A DNA stretch of 64,000 nt from Promethearchaeia archaeon (GCA_029856045.1 JAHQWG010000035.1:32001-96000), one strand, 5' to 3'; shown: positions 20,814 to 30,840, numbered from the stretch's first letter. Translations and numbers: made by a program. The notes: a model not told the origin generated them from the sequence alone.

Positions 20814-22151
20814 ATAACTTTTAAAATCTTCATATTTTTCGATTTCAATAGGATTTGGAAATTCTACTCTGTTTTTAATTGCTTCTAAAGATTTTGGTAT
20901 CTTTGGAGTGATTTCAATTAATGATATTATCTCATCGGGAAACTTCGCGGGATCTGCAGTTTCTAATGAGATTGCTTTAATTTTATAAAATCTAAGGTTA
21001 TCTTTTCGATATTTTTGTAGAGCCGCCCAACCAACCGCTCCATGAGGTTCAATTATTTTATTATATTTCTGATAAAATGATTTAATTGTTCTGCGAGTTG
21101 ATTCATCATTAATAGAAATCGCAAAAATATCCTCTCTTATTTTTTCTAAATCTGGATTTTTATGAATTAAACCTGTCTCATCAATAATGCCCCCATATAA
21201 ATCAATAAGTCGCGCAAAATTAGAAGGATGTCCAACATTCATTGCACTTGATATACAATGCTTTGAGGGTTCAACTTTCTGGTAAATTCCTCTTCTTAAA
21301 TAAAGTGGAAATTCATCATTCTCATTGACAGCAGAAATAAATTTTTTAACAGGTAAACCCATTCTATATGCAATCAATCCACCAATTAAATTTCCGAAAT
21401 TTCCAGAAGGTACAACAAATATTACTTTTTCGTTTATTTCTTTTACTACTCGTGAATATGCCCAGAAATAATATAAAGTTTGAGGTAAGAGTCTTCCAAC
21501 ATTAATTGAATTTGCTGAAGTTAAATTAAGAAATTGTAAATTTTTATCAGCAAACGCAGTCTTTACATAACGTTGGCAGTCATCAAATTTTCCATCTATT
21601 CCAATAGCGATAATATTTTTTCCTAATGTAGTCATTTGTTTTCTCTGCAGATCGCTTATCTCATTTCTAGGATAAAGAATTATTACTTTTATTCGTTTTT
21701 TTTTATAAAATGCAGAAGCAACCGCACCTCCAGTATCTCCACTAGTGGCTGTTAAAATGACCATATCCTTCTCCTCTAAATTTAAAAAATATTCCATTAC
21801 TCTTGCTAACGTTCTAGCCCCAATATCTTTAAAACTACAAGTCGGTCCCCTATCAAGAAACATAATATAATCAAAATTATTGATTTTTTCTACTGGTATT
21901 TTAAAATCTAAGGCATCTGCTATGATTTTTTTTAAATCTGTTTCTGGAATAACTTTTCCAAATAATTTTAAGAGAATAATATTTGATATTTGATTAAATT
22001 TTAAATTAATAAAGGAATGAATTGTGGATTCCGATAAAATAGGAATCGTATTTAGCATATATAAGCCTTTATCGAAAGCTTGTCCCTTAAAAATTGCTTC
22101 TTTTAAGCCCACATCGGGAGTATTATAATTGGTTGAATGAAATAACACCAT
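20796..22151 (-). CDS. thrC: Threonine synthase (bacterial type)
   Basis: GPTCSFKD (PLP Lys), ATSGDTG, SANSINVGRL and VPSGNFGN motifs. Confidence 0.95.
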   Translation of the reverse strand: MVLFHSTNYNTPDVGLKEAIFKGQAFDKGLYMLNTIPILSESTIHSFINLKFNQISNIILLKLFGKVIPETDLKKIIADALDFKIPVEKINNFDYIMFLDRGPTCSFKDIGARTLARVMEYFLNLEEKDMVILTATSGDTGGAVASAFYKKKRIKVIILYPRNEISDLQRKQMTTLGKNIIAIGIDGKFDDCQRYVKTAFADKNLQFLNLTSANSINVGRLLPQTLYYFWAYSRVVKEINEKVIFVVPSGNFGNLIGGLIAYRMGLPVKKFISAVNENDEFPLYLRRGIYQKVEPSKHCISSAMNVGHPSNFARLIDLYGGIIDETGLIHKNPDLEKIREDIFAISINDESTRRTIKSFYQKYNKIIEPHGAVGWAALQKYRKDNLRFYKIKAISLETADPAKFPDEIISLIEITPKIPKSLEAIKNRVEFPNPIEIEKYEDFKSYLLKNF

Positions 22152-22309
22152 TTTAAATTTTTTTAAATCCCCTTTTTTTTATTAACAGAATATAATTATA
22201 AGCAAAATTATTATTATTAAAAAAATATAATGCTTTAAAAAAAATATTACCTAAAATGCAAGAGAAATTAAAAAATAATCCAAAAAGTAATCTTTTTTTT
22301 TTCCCCCAC

Positions 22310-22338
22310 AAAAGATTTTAATCATCTGTTTATAGATA
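22310..22338 (+). repeat. Direct repeat, copy 2 (29 bp)
   Basis: AAAAGATTTTAATCATCTGTTTATAGATA. Confidence 0.8.
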
Positions 22339-22344
22339 GATTAT

Positions 22345-23838
22345 ATGAGTAATACGTCTTTCTCGGAGAAAATTGATTTTGAGAGACTTTTTTTCCCAAG
22401 AGCTGTTGGGATTGTAGGGGCATCACAAAACCCAGCAGGTGGAGGTTATTTTGTAAGAATTTTATTGGGACGATTTCGAGGTTCTATTTATTTGTTTAAT
22501 CCTCGATTAAAAGGGCAAAAATTGTTCGGTATAAAAGTATATGGCTCAATTTTGGAAATTCCTAAATCAGAACCTATTGATTACGTAATTCTTGCAGTTC
22601 CGGCTCGATTATGTCCTAAATTACTAGAAGAAGTTGGCAGAAAAGGAGTTCCATTTGTTACAATATTTTCATCAGGCTTTTCAGAAGTTGGAGACAGAGA
22701 TCTTGAGAAAAATGTATTGGATATCGCAAAAAAATACAAAATAAGAATCCTAGGACCAAATTGTTTGGGAGTATATAATCCAAGCAGCAATCTCTATATT
22801 AACGCTGTGCAATCAAAAAAAGCAGGAAATTTTTCAGCGATTTTTCAATCAGGTGGTCTTTCAGTAAATGTTAGTAATCTTGCTGTTTCCTATGGTTGTT
22901 TCATATCAAAATTAATTTCCCTAGGTAATGCAATAGACTTAACTTATCCAGATTTTTTAGATTATTTTTTAACTGATCCTAAAACAGCAATTATTGGATT
23001 GTATCTTGAAAATCTTAAATCTCAAAAGATTGGTCGTAGATTCTTAAATAGTGTTAAAAATTTAAATTTAAATAGGAAGCCTGTGATATTATGGAAAGTT
23101 GGTTATGGTGAAGCAACAAAAAAAGCAATCATGTCTCACACCGGTGGATTAGCGGGTAATAGTAAAATATTTAAAGCAGTTGCAAAACAAACTGGTTGTA
23201 GTTTAGTAAGTAGTTCAAAAGAACTTGCAGCATTGGCATCCGGATTTAAATTATTAAATTTACCTAAAACTCGTGATCTTGGCGTAATCGGAATAGGTGG
23301 TGGTTCTTGTATCGAATTAGTTGATATATTAGAAAAATTTAATCTTAGAATTCCACAATTAACTCAAAAAACTACAGCAAAGTTAGGGAGATTTCTTCCA
23401 GATGTAAATACGAATCTTACCAATCCAATAGATCTTGGGGCAATGGGAATAATGCCAAATATTTACTATCGAACAATAGTTTCACTCGATAAAGACCCAA
23501 ATATTTCAGCAATTATTTTTGTAAAAGATCCTGAGCGGTTTGGAGGTTTTGAAGAACAAGTTATGGAAGAACATGGTAAACTTGATAAAATCGATTTAAA
23601 TAAAGTTTTCTTAAAGTATATGAGAAAAGTAAGAAAAGTTTGCGAAAAGCCTATAATTTGTATTATGTTAAAAATAAATGAAGGTTTTAATGAATATAAG
23701 AGCAGATATAGATTTAAATTAAGTCTTTTAAATCGGGCTATTCCTGTTTATGAATCAATAGAATTAGCGGGGAAAGTATTAAATTATCTGAATACTTATA
23801 GGGAATTCCTTCAAAATCACAATAGATTTCCAAGGTAA
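22345..23838 (+). CDS. Acyl-CoA synthetase (NDP-forming), alpha-subunit family
   Basis: VGAS, GFSEVG, GPNCLG, QSGG, SLGN, SHTGGLAG (phospho-His) and NPIDL motifs. Confidence 0.9.
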   Translation: MSNTSFSEKIDFERLFFPRAVGIVGASQNPAGGGYFVRILLGRFRGSIYLFNPRLKGQKLFGIKVYGSILEIPKSEPIDYVILAVPARLCPKLLEEVGRKGVPFVTIFSSGFSEVGDRDLEKNVLDIAKKYKIRILGPNCLGVYNPSSNLYINAVQSKKAGNFSAIFQSGGLSVNVSNLAVSYGCFISKLISLGNAIDLTYPDFLDYFLTDPKTAIIGLYLENLKSQKIGRRFLNSVKNLNLNRKPVILWKVGYGEATKKAIMSHTGGLAGNSKIFKAVAKQTGCSLVSSSKELAALASGFKLLNLPKTRDLGVIGIGGGSCIELVDILEKFNLRIPQLTQKTTAKLGRFLPDVNTNLTNPIDLGAMGIMPNIYYRTIVSLDKDPNISAIIFVKDPERFGGFEEQVMEEHGKLDKIDLNKVFLKYMRKVRKVCEKPIICIMLKINEGFNEYKSRYRFKLSLLNRAIPVYESIELAGKVLNYLNTYREFLQNHNRFPR

Positions 23839-23910
23839 ATTAATACAGTCTCTATGTTTAAAAAGAAAATTAAAAATAAAAAAGTTAAATTAATAATTAT
23901 TTAGATTATT

Positions 23911-24780
23911 TTAACCAATCTTTTCTAAAATATCGCTTACTCTAGTTCTATGAAACTTAGTTCCCAACTCATCTGCAGGAATGCCCATTCCAAGAGCGAT
24001 TAATTCAGAAATGTAAAATATTGGGATTTTAAATTCCTCCTCGAATTTCTTAGATAAATCTCTCTGTTTTCCATCAAATTGTTGAAAACATGCAGGACAA
24101 TTGACAACCAAGCAATCAGCTCCTGCTTTTTTCACGGCATCCATCTTTTTCTTCAAGATTGCCATGCCATGATCCTCATACGCATTTGAAACTGATGAGC
24201 CACAACATAATGTTTCTTCTCCATAATCAACTACTGTTGCCCCACAAGCAGCAACAATCTCTTTAAGATCTATTGGATGCATAGGATCGTCAGTTTCCAT
24301 AACCTCAGAAGGACGCATATAGTGACAACCAGGATGACATGCGACTTTTAAACCTGATAATGGTTTCACTGTGGAATTTTTAATCTTTTCTAATTCACCT
24401 TTAAGCACACTAACAAAATGCTTTACATCAATAGTTCCTTTATATTCCTTCCCGATTTTTGATAATTCTTTATTAATTTTGTCCTTTTTCAGATTATCAT
24501 GTTTTAATGTATGATTAACTAGTTTTAATGTATTTGAACAGCCATTACAAAGAGAGATAATATCTTTTCCTTCAGATTCGGCTAATGCCAAATTACGAGC
24601 ACCTATTGCTAACCATCCATCATTATCAAAATTTGCAAAACCGGTTGGGTCAGGACAACACGAGAACGGAGCCTGAGAAGTTGCTATACCTAATTTATCA
24701 AAAATTTTTCTACAAGATGCTTCTATAAAAGGAATCCTATTGCCAATCAAACAACCTTCAAACATTTTATACTCTGCCAT
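23911..24780 (-). CDS. hdrB: Heterodisulfide reductase subunit B
   Basis: Two CCG domains (SCCP...CNGC; HPGCH...CCG...CPAC). Confidence 0.93.
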   Translation of the reverse strand: MAEYKMFEGCLIGNRIPFIEASCRKIFDKLGIATSQAPFSCCPDPTGFANFDNDGWLAIGARNLALAESEGKDIISLCNGCSNTLKLVNHTLKHDNLKKDKINKELSKIGKEYKGTIDVKHFVSVLKGELEKIKNSTVKPLSGLKVACHPGCHYMRPSEVMETDDPMHPIDLKEIVAACGATVVDYGEETLCCGSSVSNAYEDHGMAILKKKMDAVKKAGADCLVVNCPACFQQFDGKQRDLSKKFEEEFKIPIFYISELIALGMGIPADELGTKFHRTRVSDILEKIG

Positions 24781-24786
24781 TTTTCT

Positions 24787-25293
24787 CTACTCTCCTTTCA
24801 ATTTCTTATCAATTCCCATATTCTTCAATAATGTAGAAAGTTCATTTACATCAGGTGCAGCAACCGCTGGTAAACCAAGTTGTTCACGTCGTCTTTCTAT
24901 AGCAGGTTGAGATGGAATTGCTTTAGCATTTTCAAAAATTGTCTTTGCTTGGAGATAATAAAAATCTGGCGCATCTCCATTAGCAACGCTATGATTCTTT
25001 AATAATTTGAAAATCTCGGTTAATTCGATATTCTGTGGGCATACTTCATCGCATGTATCACAAATTGTACAACCCCATATGGCAATTTTTTCTGCTGAAA
25101 ATATTGCATCTTTAAAGCCAAGCAATGCATTTAAAATATTTTGTCTTGGATTGTATGCATTATCAGTAACTTCGGCAACGGGGCAATTATCAGTGCATCG
25201 ATTGCATTGATAACAATATTTGATCACACCACTCATATGCATATCAAGAACTTGCTTTCTAAATTCAAAATCTGTTGCCATTTTTTCACACAC
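24787..25293 (-). CDS. hdrC: Heterodisulfide reductase subunit C; probable start ATG at 25281
   Basis: CYQCNRCTDNCP and WGCTICDTCDEVCPQ motifs. Confidence 0.93.
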   Translation of the reverse strand: MCEKMATDFEFRKQVLDMHMSGVIKYCYQCNRCTDNCPVAEVTDNAYNPRQNILNALLGFKDAIFSAEKIAIWGCTICDTCDEVCPQNIELTEIFKLLKNHSVANGDAPDFYYLQAKTIFENAKAIPSQPAIERRREQLGLPAVAAPDVNELSTLLKNMGIDKKLKGE

Positions 25294-25344
25294 GTTTTTT
25301 TATTTTTTTCCTGTTTTTTTATTTTTATTGGTTTTAACCCATGC

Positions 25345-25390
25345 AAGGGCAGTTATATCTAATCTATTTTTTTTATTAGATATTCATCCT
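25345..25390 (-). promoter_or_regulatory. Candidate SECIS element for vhuU
   Basis: Minus strand reads AUGA-AUAUCUAAU-(AAAAAAAAUAG)-AUUAGAUAU-AA: a perfect 9-bp stem with an A-rich loop. The AUGA contains the vhuU stop codon. Confidence 0.6.
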
Positions 25391-25533
25391 AAACCAACAT
25401 TTAATTCACGTGAGTAAATTTCTTTACCGTCCTCATTCACTACGGTGATGTGGGCGGCACACGATAGTCAACAATCATAACATCGGACTATCATTTCTAA
25501 GAGATTTACCACTCCTTCAGGAATATCTTCCAT
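25384..25533 (-). CDS. vhuU: Selenocysteine-containing hydrogenase small peptide VhuU (not in the ORF track)
   Basis: MEDIPEGVVNLLEMIVRCYDC-U-LSCAAHITVVNEDGKEIYSRELNVGLG*. TGA at 25468-25470 sits in the Ni-ligand position of the L2 motif, which the upstream vhuA lacks. Confidence 0.93.
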
Positions 25534-25595
25534 ATTTTTTTTCACTTTTCTCCATTTATTTTAATTATTTAGAGTAAAAAGATCCTCAATTATTT

Positions 25596-26903
25596 TTATT
25601 TTATCCAAGGGTCTGGCAATTTTAATCCCTCCAATGCATTATCCTCAAATATCTGCTTAGCTACATGCATCAACGACTTCTCAATGCCAGCAATATTATG
25701 ATTTGTTGCGACTAACAGATTCAATTTCTTACAAATCCCATCTGCATCAGACCATATATGATATAACAACAATCCTCGAGGCGCTTCTGTAATTGCAATT
25801 CCTTCTGCTTCTCTTGGTTCAATATCTAATGTTTTACAATCCGGGTTGCATATGTCAGAATCACCAAGTAAACTCCCAACTATTTCTATTGCCTCTACTG
25901 TTTCAATTAATCGAGCCCAATGATATGCAAACGTATGATGAATAAGATCAGTTCCAATTTTAGCTCTCATAGCTTTTAATGCCTCATCCGCTAGTGGAGT
26001 AGCCATTTTATCAACACAATTAATCCTTGCTAAACAATTAGCACGATATATTCCATCTGGATAACCAGCGGGCTTATAATACATATGAGTTGCATATGAA
26101 TGAGCTGGAACATGTTCTCCTAAGGCATCTAAATAGTTATGAACATCATAATCTATTTTTTTACCTTCTAAATCAACTATACGAATATCTCCTTCGTAAA
26201 TATCATGAACTCCATTATTTGTCATCCCAAGATAATAAGTTGGAACGACCCCGACATTTGCTATTACATCCCAATAATCTTCTACTACTTTTAATCCAAT
26301 CTCTACAGTCTTTTTTGTAAATTCAACTTGTTCTGGAATTTGTTTAAGAAACTTTTGTCGAACATCCTCATCCATCGGTTTTTTCATACCTCCGACGATT
26401 GCTGAAATAGGATGTACAGATTTTCCACCAATCTCGGCACATAATTTCTGTCCGAAATCCATCATCTTTAAAGCCATTGCCCCAACATCAGGCATCTTAT
26501 TAATGACATAAACTATATTTCTTAATGCTGGATCTGCAAATGGACCAACTAAAAAGTCAGGTGCAGCTAATGCATAGAAATGCAATAAATGCGAGGAATA
26601 TTGTTTTGCATTTATCAATAATTTTCTCAATTTTAATGCTGGTGTTGGAATTTGAACATTCCATGCATCCTCAACAGCCTTAGTTGGAGTTAAATGATGA
26701 GGTATTGGACAAATACCACAAATTCTAGTAGTTATTCTGGGTACATGCTCACAATATCGCCCTTCACAAAACTTTTCAAAAAATCTAGTTGATGTGACAT
26801 TAAATTGAGCATCTTTAACTTTTCCATCATCTCCAATAACGATCCTGAGTCCTCCGTGTCCCTCAAGCCGAGTTATTGGTTCTACTATTATTTCTTTTAC
26901 CAT
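25596..26903 (-). CDS. vhuA: Group 3c [NiFe(Se)] hydrogenase large subunit, split form lacking the L2 motif
   Basis: EPITRLEGH, RICGICPIPH (L1) and EAPRG motifs; no C-terminal DPCxxCxxH. Confidence 0.93.
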   Translation of the reverse strand: MVKEIIVEPITRLEGHGGLRIVIGDDGKVKDAQFNVTSTRFFEKFCEGRYCEHVPRITTRICGICPIPHHLTPTKAVEDAWNVQIPTPALKLRKLLINAKQYSSHLLHFYALAAPDFLVGPFADPALRNIVYVINKMPDVGAMALKMMDFGQKLCAEIGGKSVHPISAIVGGMKKPMDEDVRQKFLKQIPEQVEFTKKTVEIGLKVVEDYWDVIANVGVVPTYYLGMTNNGVHDIYEGDIRIVDLEGKKIDYDVHNYLDALGEHVPAHSYATHMYYKPAGYPDGIYRANCLARINCVDKMATPLADEALKAMRAKIGTDLIHHTFAYHWARLIETVEAIEIVGSLLGDSDICNPDCKTLDIEPREAEGIAITEAPRGLLLYHIWSDADGICKKLNLLVATNHNIAGIEKSLMHVAKQIFEDNALEGLKLPDPWIK

Positions 26904-26906
26904 TTA

Positions 26907-28223
26907 TTATTCACCTAAATTAAAATCTCGATTTGATGCTAATGTAAATTTATTAAATGTTCCGATTGGGTCCTTTACTTGTATAAAAAATTCTTCCTTA
27001 CTTAATTCTACATTGAAACTCTCTTTAATAGTTTTATAAAATCTTGTAGCTTGATCAATTACCCATTCTGTTTGTCCATAGCATCCTGTGCAAGGTGCAT
27101 TTACTTTGATACATAAACCTCCACAACCAGCTTTAGTTATTGGACCAACACATATATAACCTTGCTCTATAAAGCAATCTTCTTGATTTGGAATCCCCTC
27201 ATAATCTCTTTTTACTTTTGTCATTGTTCCTTTTCCTATTATTCTAGGACATGTTTGACAAACATTTGAGATCTCATGGAATTCGGGATGCATTGCTAAG
27301 AATCCGAGTAAATTCGTTGCGATTTCAGTGGTAATTGAAGGAATAGTTGCTAATGGTGTATCTGGTTTTCCTCTTTTTTTAATTTGCATCATAATATCAC
27401 CTGAGAGGTCAAATCCAGCCATTAATGGTACATTTAAGAATAAGGATAAAAACTCGAATAAATTCTTTTTATTACCAGAGCTGATATAATCAAGAGATTT
27501 TGTCATATCTAGTAGTTTTTGCGCTTTATCTGAAGCGTTTTTTGCTGGACCCATACATCCAACGCAAGGATCACCTTTATTTGTACATTTTAAAGAACAG
27601 CCTATACTAGTAACTGGTCCATAACATAAGACTCCATTATCCAATAAACAACCACTCTCTTTTAATACACAATCCTCACAAAAGGACTTCTCATTCATTG
27701 GAAAACCTTTTTGTCCTAATAAGAATTGAACAACTCCAACTATTTGCTCTGTTCTTGGTGGACAACCTGCAAGAAATGCATCTACTTTGATAACATCATC
27801 AACATTTACGACTTTATCTTCAAAACCAGGAACGTGTTGATCAGGAATTCGTTTAGTAGTTGCTGACTCAACCTCCATAAATTTTCTCATTTGAACTTCA
27901 TCTATGGGCCATTGGTTTGCCAATCCAGGAACATTACCATAACAAGCACAACTTCCAAAAGCAATAATTATTTTTGATTTTTTTCTTATCAATTTTGTGT
28001 TTGCCAAATCTTCTTTGGTCCTTATCATTCCTTCAATAAAGCCAACAACAATTTCTTCATCTTCTCTCGCAACTAAGGAATCATGTTTAAAATCTACAAC
28101 AGCAGGCCAATATACAATATCTAATGCTGGGAGTACTTGAAGTAAACCTAGATGTGCGTTTAATAGGCTCTGGTGACAACCCCAGCACGAACTTAATTGC
28201 ATAAAAGCTACTTTTACTGTCAT
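26907..28223 (-). CDS. vhuG: Group 3c hydrogenase small subunit with a duplicated C-terminal Fe-S domain
   Basis: SSCWGC, GSCACYG and GCPP motifs; two CxxC...C...CxGPxT..GC...C......PCxGCxG blocks. Confidence 0.88.
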   Translation of the reverse strand: MTVKVAFMQLSSCWGCHQSLLNAHLGLLQVLPALDIVYWPAVVDFKHDSLVAREDEEIVVGFIEGMIRTKEDLANTKLIRKKSKIIIAFGSCACYGNVPGLANQWPIDEVQMRKFMEVESATTKRIPDQHVPGFEDKVVNVDDVIKVDAFLAGCPPRTEQIVGVVQFLLGQKGFPMNEKSFCEDCVLKESGCLLDNGVLCYGPVTSIGCSLKCTNKGDPCVGCMGPAKNASDKAQKLLDMTKSLDYISSGNKKNLFEFLSLFLNVPLMAGFDLSGDIMMQIKKRGKPDTPLATIPSITTEIATNLLGFLAMHPEFHEISNVCQTCPRIIGKGTMTKVKRDYEGIPNQEDCFIEQGYICVGPITKAGCGGLCIKVNAPCTGCYGQTEWVIDQATRFYKTIKESFNVELSKEEFFIQVKDPIGTFNKFTLASNRDFNLGE

Positions 28224-28427
28224 TTTTCATCTACTTTTTATATATAGTTTAATTTTATTTTTAATTGTAGATGATTTTATCTATATATAATCTAATATAA
28301 GATTCACGATTATATTGTATTTATGTATATATATTCATAACTTTATTTTAGATATTTAATAAATTCGATTAATAATCTTTAATCTTTAGATTAAATCTTG
28401 TGAAAAGAAGAGGATTTATTTTGAAAA

Positions 28428-29396
28428 TTATAAATTTAATAGAACTATTTTTGCTAAAAGAGCATTTAATTGAATAATTTCAGTTCCTCCCTGGCTTAGT
28501 CTATATTCAATTTCCGCTAAAATCTTTATAATTTCTATCTTCTGCTCTTCAGATATTTTTAAGTTATAGACTTCTCGGTGCATTTGTCTAATCAGATTAC
28601 TTCCAGATAATCCATATTCTCTAATTAATTTATCTAAAGTTAATTTTGAAAGTTGCAATTCCCCTTTTATTGAATAATTTAATATTTTTTTAATTTCTTC
28701 AGAGGGTACTTCTCCAGCTATTCTTAATATGATATCTTCATTAATATCATCAGATAAAGTGCTGCTTGATTGCAGGTAATTTATAGCCCTTCTTAAATCG
28801 CCTATACTTACTTTTATAAGCGCGTTTAAACCGCTTTCGTCAATTTTAATATTTTCTTTAACTACAATAGATTTTAATCTTTCCTTGATATCATTATCAG
28901 ACAATTTTGAAAATCTAAATACAACTGCTCTTGATTGGATAGGGAGGATTATTTTATTTGAGTAATTACAAATCAGAATCATTCGACAATTTCTTGTATA
29001 TTTCTCCATAGTTCTTCTCAATGCCTGTTGAGCTGGTGCAGTCATATTATCCGCTTCATCTAGAATTAGAATTTTAAAAGGGATGTCTAGTGGAGGTTTA
29101 GCTTTCGCAAAATCCTTAATTATTGTTCTAATTACATTAATACCTCTTTCATCACTTGCGTTCAGCTCTAAAAATGTAATATTAGGAGTCATTTTTCTGC
29201 CATATATTTCTCTAACCATTACTAAAGCACATGTAGTTTTACCCGTTCCGGCAGGTCCAGCAAATATTAAATGTGGCATTGCCTTATCTTTAATGAATTG
29301 TTTAAGACGTGAAATGATTTCTGATTGATTTACAACATCGGCCAATTTCATAGGTCTATATTGTTCCACCCAAGGTTTTCGTAATTTTTCAGTCAT
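28428..29396 (-). CDS. rfcS: Replication factor C small subunit
   Basis: PWVEQYRP, GPAGTGKT, ELNASDERG, LDEAD and ALRRTME motifs. Confidence 0.96.
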   Translation of the reverse strand: MTEKLRKPWVEQYRPMKLADVVNQSEIISRLKQFIKDKAMPHLIFAGPAGTGKTTCALVMVREIYGRKMTPNITFLELNASDERGINVIRTIIKDFAKAKPPLDIPFKILILDEADNMTAPAQQALRRTMEKYTRNCRMILICNYSNKIILPIQSRAVVFRFSKLSDNDIKERLKSIVVKENIKIDESGLNALIKVSIGDLRRAINYLQSSSTLSDDINEDIILRIAGEVPSEEIKKILNYSIKGELQLSKLTLDKLIREYGLSGSNLIRQMHREVYNLKISEEQKIEIIKILAEIEYRLSQGGTEIIQLNALLAKIVLLNL

Positions 29397-29520
29397 AATA
29401 GGTCAGATAAATAACTTAGAAAAATTAAATAATAATTATTAAAAATATTAGTTTCGTAGGTTATATTTAATAAATCTTTAAAATTAATATAAAATTTTTT
29501 AATAACAATAAAAAAAAAAT

Positions 29521-30840
29521 TTGAAAGAGAAAAAGATGCCAGAATTTACTATAACAAAAATAAAATCACGCTGGATTTTAGACAGTAGGGGAAACCCAAC
29601 AGTAGAAACAGAAATCTATAGCGGTGATGTTTTTTCTCGTGCTGCAGTTCCATCAGGAGCGTCAACGGGCTCTTCAGAGGCGTTGGAATTAAGAGATGGT
29701 GGTAATGCTTTCTTAGGAAAGGGAGTAAAAACCGCGGTTGCAAATGTTAATGACATTTTAGGGAAAAAAATGATTGGATTTGATGTTAGAGAGCAGAAAA
29801 AAATTGACGAAGAAATGATTAGACTGGATGGAACAGAAAATAAAAGCAAGTTAGGAGCTAATGCAATCTTATCTGTATCTTTAGCAACTGCCAAATTAGC
29901 AGCAACTTTACAAAAAATTCCATTATTCGCACATTTGTATCAAATGAGTCACAATAAATCAACTAATTCTTACTTAATGCCTATTCCTTGTTCTAACATT
30001 ATTAATGGTGGAAAACACGCAGGAAATGCATTGGCAATCCAAGAATTTATGATTTTACCAATCGGTGCGAAAACTTTTGATGAAAGCATACAGTTTTTAG
30101 TTGAAACTTACCACACTATGAAAGACCTTTTAATGAAGGAATATGGAAAAAATTCAATTAATGTGGGGGATGAGGGCGGGTTTGCTCCATCAATGCAAAA
30201 AACAACCGAAGCTTTAGATATTATTGTAGAAGCGATAAATCGAAGTGGATTCACACCTGGAATTGATTTTGTATTAGGGCTTGATGCGGCAGCAAGTGAA
30301 TTTTATAAGGATGGTGCATATCATATTGATGGGAAAGTTTTAGATCCAAATGAAATGATTCAATATTATATTAATCTTGTTGAAGATTATCCAATAAAAT
30401 TGATTGAGGACCCATTTGATGAGAATGCTTTTGATTCTTTTAGGAAATTAACGAAAAATGTTAATGATAACGTGATAATTGTTGATGACGACATAACAGT
30501 AACAAATGTTAAAATCTTAGAGAAAGCCATCGGTATGGAAGCAGGAAGTGCGCTTTTATTAAAAGTTAATCAGATAGGAACACTAACAGAGGCAATTAAC
30601 GCCGCAAAAATGGCTTTTGATAATAATTTCAATGTTGTAGTTTCCCATCGCTCTGGAGAAACTGAAGATACATTCATTGCAGATTTATCTGTAGGTTTAT
30701 GTACTGGCTTGATAAAAACAGGTGCTCCATGTAGAACAGATAGAAATGCTAAATATAATCAACTATTAAGGATTGAAGGAAATAATCCAGATAAAGTAAC
30801 ATATCCAAACTCATTTAATGATTGGAAAAACTTCCAATAA
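29521..30840 (+). CDS. eno: Enolase; probable start ATG at 29536
   Basis: DSRGNPTVE, PSGASTG, GDEGG, LLKVNQIG and SHRSGETED motifs. Confidence 0.97.
   Translation: MKEKKMPEFTITKIKSRWILDSRGNPTVETEIYSGDVFSRAAVPSGASTGSSEALELRDGGNAFLGKGVKTAVANVNDILGKKMIGFDVREQKKIDEEMIRLDGTENKSKLGANAILSVSLATAKLAATLQKIPLFAHLYQMSHNKSTNSYLMPIPCSNIINGGKHAGNALAIQEFMILPIGAKTFDESIQFLVETYHTMKDLLMKEYGKNSINVGDEGGFAPSMQKTTEALDIIVEAINRSGFTPGIDFVLGLDAAASEFYKDGAYHIDGKVLDPNEMIQYYINLVEDYPIKLIEDPFDENAFDSFRKLTKNVNDNVIIVDDDITVTNVKILEKAIGMEAGSALLLKVNQIGTLTEAINAAKMAFDNNFNVVVSHRSGETEDTFIADLSVGLCTGLIKTGAPCRTDRNAKYNQLLRIEGNNPDKVTYPNSFNDWKNFQ

Noticed and set aside
25596-26903. vhuA as a truncated pseudogene
   Set aside because: The missing motif is supplied by the adjacent vhuU gene.
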